From contig CALXME010000001.1 in the NCBI GenBank assembly GCA_944389395.1, forward strand, positions 67,957 to 131,956: a stretch of DNA of 64,000 bases, in the 5' to 3' direction. This DNA is from an uncultured Clostridia bacterium (GTDB lineage: Bacteria > Bacillota > Clostridia > TANB77 > CAG-508). The notes below the pieces were generated by a model. That model did no database searches. It had not been told where the DNA came from and saw nothing but the letters and a program-made list of their open reading frames with translations. Positions 57,127 through 64,000 of this stretch are shown here, piece after piece (position 1 is the first letter of the stretch; each line of letters begins with the position of its first letter). Made by a program: the position numbers and the translations under genes.

Positions 57127-57480
57127 ATGAAAATGGAAAATTGTTTATTTTGTAAAATAATAAAAGGAGAAATTCCATCCCAAAAAGTGTATGAGGATGA
57201 AGAAATATTAGCATTTAAAGATATTCATCCAGCTGCACCAATTCATATTTTAGTAATTCCTAAAAAACATATAGATTCTTTAGCACAAATGCAGGCAGAA
57301 GATGAAGAAATGATAGGAAAGATTTATCATGTTATTAACAAAATAGCAGAAGAACAAGGGTTTAAGGAAAATGGATATCGTGTAATAGTAAATTGTGGAA
57401 AAGATGGTGGACAAGAAGTAATGCATTTACATTTTCATCTTTTAGCAGGAAAAAGTTTAGGAGAAAAAATTGTAGGATAA
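57127..57480 (+). CDS. HIT-family (Hint-like) nucleotide hydrolase
   Basis: CLFCKII..HxHxHxx motif HLHFHLLAG. Confidence 0.8.
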   Translation: MKMENCLFCKIIKGEIPSQKVYEDEEILAFKDIHPAAPIHILVIPKKHIDSLAQMQAEDEEMIGKIYHVINKIAEEQGFKENGYRVIVNCGKDGGQEVMHLHFHLLAGKSLGEKIVG

Positions 57481-57508
57481 AATACAATATAGGAGGAAAG
57501 CTTAAATA

Positions 57509-58573
57509 ATGAGATTTGTAACAGATGAGAAATCAAAAAAACAATATAAAGAATTTTTAGAAAAACATGAAAGATGTAATTTTCAACAATCATTAGAATG
57601 GGCAGAGGTAAAAAAACCAAATTGGAAACCAGAAGTTATTTTAGCAGAAGATGAAAATGAAGAGATTATTGGTTCCTTATGTGTATGGATTAGAAAAATG
57701 CCTATTTTCGGAAATATGATGTATGCTGCTAGAGGTCCTGTTTGTGATATTCATGATATAGAAGTGATGAAACAATTAACAGATGGAGCAAAAGAATTAG
57801 CTAAAAAATATAATGCTATGGTTTTAAGAATGGAACCAGATATTTTAAGTGATGACCAAAATTTCAGAGATATTGTAACAAGTTTAGGATATAAAATTAA
57901 AGATGATGCGAAAGACTTTAAAGATGAAATCCAGCCAAGATATGTATTCCGTTTAGATATCAAAGATAAAACAGAAGAAGAAATTATGGCAGGATTTCAT
58001 CAAAAATGGAGATATAATATTCGTTTAGCAGGAAGAAAAGGTGTTACTATTAAAGAGGGAAATAAAGAAGATTTAAAAGATTTTCATCGTATTATGATTG
58101 AAACAGGAGCAAGAGATGGATTTATTATTAGACCATTAGCTTATTTTGAAAAAATGTATGATTGTTTGGGACCAGACCATATGAAAGTATTGATGGCATA
58201 TTATGATGGAAAGCCAATTTCTGGTGTGATACCTATTTTCTATGGAAATAAAACTTGGTATTTATATGGTGCAAGTAGTAATGAACATAGAAATTTAATG
58301 CCAAACTATTTATTGCAATGGGAAATGATAAAAATGGCGATTGCAAGAAAAGATGATATTTATGATTTTAGAGGAGTATCTGGGGTGGTAGATGAAAGTC
58401 ACCCTCAATATGGATTATATCGATTTAAAAAAGGGTTTGGTGCTACTTTTACAGAATTTATAGGAGAAGTATATTTGCCATTTAAACCATTTACTTATAA
58501 AATGTATAAAATATCTGAAAAACTATTTAGAACAGTAAGACAATGGAAGATGAAATTAAAAAATCATTCCTAG
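57509..58573 (+). CDS. FemAB-family aminoacyl-tRNA-dependent peptidoglycan peptidyltransferase (FemX/MurM-like)
   Basis: Fem-family length and motifs ([11 protein letters not shown].., two GNAT-like lobes). Confidence 0.7.
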   Translation: MRFVTDEKSKKQYKEFLEKHERCNFQQSLEWAEVKKPNWKPEVILAEDENEEIIGSLCVWIRKMPIFGNMMYAARGPVCDIHDIEVMKQLTDGAKELAKKYNAMVLRMEPDILSDDQNFRDIVTSLGYKIKDDAKDFKDEIQPRYVFRLDIKDKTEEEIMAGFHQKWRYNIRLAGRKGVTIKEGNKEDLKDFHRIMIETGARDGFIIRPLAYFEKMYDCLGPDHMKVLMAYYDGKPISGVIPIFYGNKTWYLYGASSNEHRNLMPNYLLQWEMIKMAIARKDDIYDFRGVSGVVDESHPQYGLYRFKKGFGATFTEFIGEVYLPFKPFTYKMYKISEKLFRTVRQWKMKLKNHS

Positions 58574-58599
58574 TAAATTTGCACGAAAGGAGAATAACT

Positions 58600-59718
58600 T
58601 TGAAAACATTAGTAATAGAAACAAAAGATTTAAGACATAATATAGAAAAAATAAAAGAACATGCAAAAATAAATGAACCAGATGATAATGGAAAACCAGT
58701 AAAAATAATTGCAGTTGTGAAATCTAATGGCTATGGGTTAGGACTGCTACCTTATGTGCAATTTTTAATAGATAACGGAATTGATTTTTTTGCGGTATCT
58801 ACTGTAGAGGAAGCAGTACAATTGCGACAAGCAGGTATTAAGCAAGATATTTTGATGTTATCTTCAACAGCTCTCAAAGAAGATATAGAAACATTAATAG
58901 AGAATAAGATTATTTTAACAATAGGTTCTAAAGAAGCGGTTCAAGAAGTAGAAAAAGTAGCAAAAGAGCAAAATATTACAGTAAGAGTTCATTTGAAAAT
59001 TGATACTGGATTTGGAAGATATGGCTTTATTTATTCACAAAGAGAAGAAATGATAGAAGTATTAAAATCTATAAAACATATTAAAATAGAAGGTACTTTT
59101 TCTCATTTTTCTGTTAGTTTTTTTGATGATAAATATACCAAAAAGCAATTTTATCGATTTATGCAAGTAGTCGAGGTCTTAAAAATGAATGATATTCCAA
59201 CAGGGATGTTACATGTATGTAATTCTTCAGCTTTTATAAAATTTCCATATATGCATTTAAATGCAGTAAGAATCGGTTCTGCTTTTTTAGGTAGATTATC
59301 TTTTCCAAACCATATGGGTTTAAAGAAAATTGCCTATTTAGAATCTAAAATAACAGAAATAAAACTATTGCCAAAAGGATTTAATGTAGGATATTCTAAT
59401 ACCTATCAAACGAAAAAAGAAACAAAAGTTGCTATTATTCCTGCTGGTTATATGGATGGAATTAATATTACAACTGATAGAGATATGTATCGAAAAATAG
59501 ACCAATTGCGTTATATTGTAAGAGACACAAAAGACTTTTTTAAGAAAAAAGCCATTTATGTTAAAATTCAAGATATATCTTGCAAAGTGTTGGGAAGAGT
59601 AGGGACACATCATATTGTATGTGATATTACTAATAAAGATATTAAAATAGGTGCTCCTGTTATCTTTCAAGTAAATCCAAAATATGTAGATTCTGCAATA
59701 AGGAGGGAATATCGATAA
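58600..59718 (+). CDS. alr: Alanine racemase
   Basis: PLP motif [11 protein letters not shown]. Probable TTG start at 58600 after AAAGGAG. Upstream ORF extension overlaps the fem gene. Confidence 0.75.
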   Translation: MKTLVIETKDLRHNIEKIKEHAKINEPDDNGKPVKIIAVVKSNGYGLGLLPYVQFLIDNGIDFFAVSTVEEAVQLRQAGIKQDILMLSSTALKEDIETLIENKIILTIGSKEAVQEVEKVAKEQNITVRVHLKIDTGFGRYGFIYSQREEMIEVLKSIKHIKIEGTFSHFSVSFFDDKYTKKQFYRFMQVVEVLKMNDIPTGMLHVCNSSAFIKFPYMHLNAVRIGSAFLGRLSFPNHMGLKKIAYLESKITEIKLLPKGFNVGYSNTYQTKKETKVAIIPAGYMDGINITTDRDMYRKIDQLRYIVRDTKDFFKKKAIYVKIQDISCKVLGRVGTHHIVCDITNKDIKIGAPVIFQVNPKYVDSAIRREYR

Positions 59719-60815
59719 TGGAAGAACAAAAAGAAAAGAATCAGACACAAGAGGAAAAACAATCAGGAACAGAAATTTTTCAAAAAGGTTTTTTTAAGAA
59801 ATTATGGTATTCAATTGTGAATATAGAAAAATATCCAGAAATGGCAACAGAAGGAGTTGGAAGAGCAATTTCTTATTTATTTAAAATTGTTGCTATTCTA
59901 GCAGTAGTACTTTCTATTTGGATGACTTATGAAACATATGAGGCAGTAAGAGACGGAGTAGATTATTTGCAAAATGAATTTCCATCTTTTTCTTATCAAG
60001 AAGGAACTTTATCAGTAGAAACAGAAGAACCTATTATCATAGGAGCAGAACAATCTGGTGTTGGAAAGATTATTGTAGATACCAAAACAGATTCTGAAGA
60101 ACAAATTAATCAATATCTAAATGATATAGGAAGTAATGAAAGTGGTATTGTTGTTTTGAAACAAAAAGTTTTGGTTAAAACACCAGCAGTTGCGGGGTCT
60201 ATTTCTTATGATTACCAACAAATTTTGGGTAATATGCAAATAACACAATTTAACAAACAAGATGTTATTAATTATGCAAATAGTAATCAAGTTATTACTT
60301 TATATATTAGTATGTTTATTACCATTTTTATTTACAGTATCATGATGTATTTTATCACTACTTTATGGTATGTTGTCATGATTAGTATTGTGGGATATAT
60401 TACTGCATGGTTATTAAAAATAAAGATGAGATATGTAGCAGTATTTAATATGTCTGTTTATGCGATTACATTATCTGTCTTATTAAATGTCATCTATTTA
60501 ATTATTAATATGTTTATACCATTTACCATTGCTTATTTCCAAGTAATGTATGTGGCAGTAGCAACGATTTATTTGATTGCAGCTATCTTTATTATTAAAT
60601 CAGAAACCATAAAGAAACAAGCAGAATTAATGAAAATTGCTGAAGCACAAGCTATCGTAAAAAAAGAATTAGAGCAGGAAAAGCAAAAAGAAGAGGAAAA
60701 AGAACAAAATAAAGATACAGATAAAAAAGGAGAAAAAGAAGATAAAAGTGGGGAAAAGAAAGAAAAAAAGAAAGATAATAATTTAGGAGAAGAGCCAGAA
60801 GGTTCTAATGCTTAA
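59718..60815 (+). CDS. Hypothetical polytopic membrane protein with K/E-rich C-terminal tail
   Basis: Multiple TM helices. No motif. Confidence 0.4.
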   Translation: MEEQKEKNQTQEEKQSGTEIFQKGFFKKLWYSIVNIEKYPEMATEGVGRAISYLFKIVAILAVVLSIWMTYETYEAVRDGVDYLQNEFPSFSYQEGTLSVETEEPIIIGAEQSGVGKIIVDTKTDSEEQINQYLNDIGSNESGIVVLKQKVLVKTPAVAGSISYDYQQILGNMQITQFNKQDVINYANSNQVITLYISMFITIFIYSIMMYFITTLWYVVMISIVGYITAWLLKIKMRYVAVFNMSVYAITLSVLLNVIYLIINMFIPFTIAYFQVMYVAVATIYLIAAIFIIKSETIKKQAELMKIAEAQAIVKKELEQEKQKEEEKEQNKDTDKKGEKEDKSGEKKEKKKDNNLGEEPEGSNA

Positions 60816-60833
60816 AAGAAAGGAATAGTAGAA

Positions 60834-62639
60834 ATGAATAATCAAAATGAAAATAAAGAAGAAAAAAACAAAAATAAGAAACTACTTTTATCATTATTAG
60901 TATTGGTTTTATTAATAGCATTGATAACAGTGGGAATCGTATATTTTACAAAAGTAAAAGGAGAGGAAGATGATAAGACTTTAGCATATACAGATTTAAT
61001 TAAAGAAATGTCTTATGGAAATATAGAAAAAATCGAAATGACAACAGGAAGTACTCAAGCAAAAGTTAAAATGAAGAATGAAGAAGAGGAAAAGACAGCT
61101 ATTGTTCCTGATACAGAGGCATTTATTGAATTAGTGCAAACAAAAGTGGCAGAAGGTAATGAAATCGAATTAATACAAAAGCCAAGAAGTTTTTTTGCAC
61201 AATTACCAAGTATTATTATTAGTTTCTTACCAACAGCGATTATGCTTGCTTTGTTTATCATGATATTTAAAATGCAAGGTTTAGGAGAAAAAGGAAAAGT
61301 TTATGATGATACACAAAGAAAAACAAAAGTAAAATTTGATGATGTCGCAGGATTAGATGAGGAAAAAGAAGAATTAATTGAAATAGTAGATTTTCTAAAA
61401 AGACCAGAAAAATTTGCAAAAATGGGAGCTAAAATCCCAAAAGGTGTTTTATTATATGGAAAACCAGGAACTGGTAAAACATTAATTGCAAAAGCTATCG
61501 CAGGAGAAGCAGATGTTCCTTTTATTTCGATGAGTGGTTCAGAATTTATTGAGATGTTTGCAGGGCTAGGCGCTTCTAGAGTTAGAAAATTATTTGAAAA
61601 AGCAAGAAAGTTAGCACCTTGTATTGTATTTATAGATGAGATAGATGCCATAGGTTCTAGAAGAACTTCTAATAGTGGTGCAGAAACAGAAAATAATCAA
61701 ACTTTAAACCAATTATTAGTAGAAATGGATGGATTTAGTTCAGAAGAAACGATTATTGTATTAGCTGCAACCAATAGACCAGAGATGTTAGATAAAGCTT
61801 TATTAAGACCAGGAAGATTTGATAGACAAATTACGATTCCAACGCCAGATTTAAAAGGAAGATTAGAAATTCTAAAAATACATACAAAAGATAAAAAATT
61901 GTCAGAAGATGTGAATTTAGAAAGTATTGCAGAAGATACAGCAGGATTTACAGGAGCAGAGTTAGCTAATATTTTAAATGAAGCGGCTATTATTGCTACT
62001 AAAAATAAACATGATGGTATTGAAAATCAGGATGTGGAAGAAGCTGTTAAAAAGGTAACTGTTGGCTTAGAAAAAAGACAAAGAGTGATTTCTGATAAAG
62101 ATAAAAAATTAACAGCTTATCACGAGGCTGGACATGCAGTTGTAAGCCAATACTTGCCAACTCAGACAAATGTCAAAGAAGTTTCTATTATTCCAAGAGG
62201 TGTTGCAGGTGGATATACAATGTATAAGTCTGATGAAGATAAATACTATATTTCTAAAACAGAAATGCAAGAAAAATTGATTGCATTACTAGGTGGTAGA
62301 GCTGCAGAGAAATTGGTTTTAGATGATATTTCAACTGGTGCAAGTAATGATATTGAAGTGGCAACACAAGTAGCTAAGGATATGGTTACCAAATATGGTA
62401 TGAGCGATACTTTAGGACCTATTGATTTCCAAGGAAAAGAACCTTATGAAATGCAAATGTTTGGAGAGGGAATTGGAGATAAAATAGGACAAGAAGTAAA
62501 ACAATTAATAGATACAGCTTACCGAGATGCACAAACTTTATTACAAGAACACAGAGATAAATTAGATGCTATTGCACAAGCATTATTAGAAAAAGAAAAA
62601 ATTAATGAAGAAGATTTTAAAAAGTTTTTTGAAGCGTAA
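60834..62639 (+). CDS. ftsH: ATP-dependent zinc metalloprotease FtsH
   Basis: Walker A GKPGTGKT, SRH, HEAGHAVV zinc site. Confidence 0.9.
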   Translation: MNNQNENKEEKNKNKKLLLSLLVLVLLIALITVGIVYFTKVKGEEDDKTLAYTDLIKEMSYGNIEKIEMTTGSTQAKVKMKNEEEEKTAIVPDTEAFIELVQTKVAEGNEIELIQKPRSFFAQLPSIIISFLPTAIMLALFIMIFKMQGLGEKGKVYDDTQRKTKVKFDDVAGLDEEKEELIEIVDFLKRPEKFAKMGAKIPKGVLLYGKPGTGKTLIAKAIAGEADVPFISMSGSEFIEMFAGLGASRVRKLFEKARKLAPCIVFIDEIDAIGSRRTSNSGAETENNQTLNQLLVEMDGFSSEETIIVLAATNRPEMLDKALLRPGRFDRQITIPTPDLKGRLEILKIHTKDKKLSEDVNLESIAEDTAGFTGAELANILNEAAIIATKNKHDGIENQDVEEAVKKVTVGLEKRQRVISDKDKKLTAYHEAGHAVVSQYLPTQTNVKEVSIIPRGVAGGYTMYKSDEDKYYISKTEMQEKLIALLGGRAAEKLVLDDISTGASNDIEVATQVAKDMVTKYGMSDTLGPIDFQGKEPYEMQMFGEGIGDKIGQEVKQLIDTAYRDAQTLLQEHRDKLDAIAQALLEKEKINEEDFKKFFEA

Positions 62640-62641
62640 AT

Positions 62642-62675
62642 AAAACCCCCAAGGCAGACACCTTGGGGGTTTTTG
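62642..62675. terminator. Bidirectional rho-independent terminator (CCCCCAAGG-CAGACA-CCTTGGGGG flanked by A/T runs)
   Basis: Seen in sequence between the convergent ftsH (+) and the small minus-strand ORF. Confidence 0.75.
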
Positions 62676-62683
62676 AAAGGATA

Positions 62684-62884
62684 TTATTTAATTGTAGCAA
62701 TTTTTGAAGCAAATGAAATCATATCTTCATCTGTTTCAAAAGTGAAGACTTGATTGTGTAAGATTTCAACCTTTTCAGATAAGGCTAATTCATAAATCTC
62801 TTTCCGATGAGCGCATATAAAAGCACTATTTTCGTAGAGAATCTTACTACCTGTATCAAGTGACAATAATGTTAAATCAAACAT
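62684..62884 (-). CDS. Hypothetical small protein (66 aa)
   Basis: Only minus-strand ORF in non-coding space. GGAGA RBS before ATG, own terminator. Contains one in-frame CGG (HRKE). Confidence 0.45.
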   Translation of the reverse strand: MFDLTLLSLDTGSKILYENSAFICAHRKEIYELALSEKVEILHNQVFTFETDEDMISFASKIATIK

Positions 62885-63063
62885 ACAGTTTCTCCTTTCC
62901 TTTTCAGAAAATTTATTGTAATTTACATAAATATTATACTGCGCTTTTTGTCAAAAATCAAGAGAAAATTATAAGTATATATATACAAAAAATTCATATA
63001 GATTGATTTTTTGCACCAAATTTGGTATAATATAAGATATAAAAATTTGAAGGAGGAAGCGTT

Positions 63064-63774
63064 ATGCGGACAAAATTAAAAGTAGATCATGCACGTTCTA
63101 TGGGCAATGGTATTTTATTTTATTCAAAACGCCATGAAGGTTATATTGCTGTTTCAATAGTGGATGAAATGGGAAATATAAAGACAGAATGGACTACAAT
63201 AGAAAAATATAGAAAAGAGAAGAATAAAAGCAATAAAATTGAGAATGCTAAAAAAATTCTTATACTAAGTTTTTTACCATTTTCTCTAATTTTCTCATTA
63301 GTACTTGACAGGGTGATAATAAGCAAAGGACCTATATGGGGGATTCGGTTTCTATTTATATTTTTTGCATTTATAATATTGTATATGTTTGTAATGTATA
63401 TTGTTATAGAGAAAAAAATAGAAAAAAATATATTTAAATTTCACTCGGCTGAGCATATGGTACTTAATGCATATAGTAAATTAAAAAGAGTACCATTTCT
63501 TGAAGAAATAAAGAGATATTCTCGATATAGTAACGGTTGTGGTACAAATATTATAACCCTAATCTTTATTTGGGATATAATGATGTTTTTTTGGACATTT
63601 GTTAGTGATATAAGTGTAATAGTATTTGTACTATATATACTATGGAAATGCGGAAAATTAAATTTCTTGCAGATATTTACAACAAGTGAGCCGACGGATA
63701 AAGAATTGTTAGTTGCCATTGCTGGATTGAGTGTATGGTTGGAAAATGAAAAAAAAGAAAAGGAAAAGTTCTAG
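63064..63774 (+). CDS. DUF1385-like membrane protein (HxAEH motif)
   Basis: FHSAEHMVLNAY plus several TM helices. AAGGAGG RBS. Uses in-frame CGG twice. Confidence 0.4.
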   Translation: MRTKLKVDHARSMGNGILFYSKRHEGYIAVSIVDEMGNIKTEWTTIEKYRKEKNKSNKIENAKKILILSFLPFSLIFSLVLDRVIISKGPIWGIRFLFIFFAFIILYMFVMYIVIEKKIEKNIFKFHSAEHMVLNAYSKLKRVPFLEEIKRYSRYSNGCGTNIITLIFIWDIMMFFWTFVSDISVIVFVLYILWKCGKLNFLQIFTTSEPTDKELLVAIAGLSVWLENEKKEKEKF

Positions 63775-64000
63775 ATTTAGAAAATTCCTTTATTGGCTTT
63801 TTCCAAGGTTTTTTAATTAAAAACTTTCCCCGGTAATTATAAAATTATCGGGGAAAATTTTATGATGTTATATGTGTGGTTATGATTATGTGAGTGCTAA
63901 TAATCATAAAATTAAAAATGACATGAAAAAGAAAAGTTTTTGAAAAGATAGCATAAAATACTAATTATCATGTAGTTTAGTTAATTCATAAATTGCTTTG

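Overview
Low-GC (about 28-30% GC) Firmicutes/Clostridia-like chromosome segment, almost entirely plus-strand coding. 

Positions 1-20.7 kb form an accessory, mobile-looking island. It holds two large serine recombinases. One is cut by the window edge, the other carries a +1 frame break. It holds two independent mobilization modules: a MobV/Pre relaxase with oriT-like hairpins, and a MobC plus MobP/Q-type relaxase pair with a TnpV-like gene. The cargo is an HD hydrolase, a SplB-like radical SAM gene, a 5'-nucleotidase-like gene, two NUDIX genes, a PrpE-like phosphoesterase with an in-frame TAG, a DUF1016 PDDEXK nuclease, a palindrome-flanked orphan gene, GNAT remnants, a PflX-like radical SAM gene, and thyA-folA-splB. 

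Positions 21-64 kb are conserved core genes: comM, dprA, yraN, ABC transporter, dCMP deaminase, mutL, miaA, sepF, divIVA, rsmD, ftsK, beta-CASP MBL RNase, GH15, gap-pgk-[repeat protein]-tpiA-gpmI, a GGGtGRT/IscU-like/DNPH1-like cluster, a DUF45 protein, an RluA-family synthase, a minus-strand tRNA-Gly(UCC), a short AlaRS, HIT, a FemAB-family transferase, alr, and ftsH. 

The main observation is that four unrelated genes (SplB-like, serine recombinase, dprA, beta-CASP RNase) are each interrupted by a +1 frame change at the same motif, C-GGA-AY-T. The 0 frame reads a rare CGG followed by AAY and a T. Translation continues in the GGA frame, inserting a conserved Gly. The single tRNA in the window is a tRNA-Gly(UCC) with an atypical G37. 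Its anticodon-loop 5'-UCCG-3' is fully complementary to the quadruplet 5'-CGGA-3'. This is either candidate natural quadruplet/+1 recoding or a systematic assembly artefact. Raw reads, proteomics or a genome-wide CGG census would decide. 

Other points are an uncharacterised GGGtGRT cluster where eno is expected, a 42-bp tandem-repeat coiled-coil gene inserted between pgk and tpiA, a structured ~90-nt element present twice, and a palindrome pair flanking one orphan gene.
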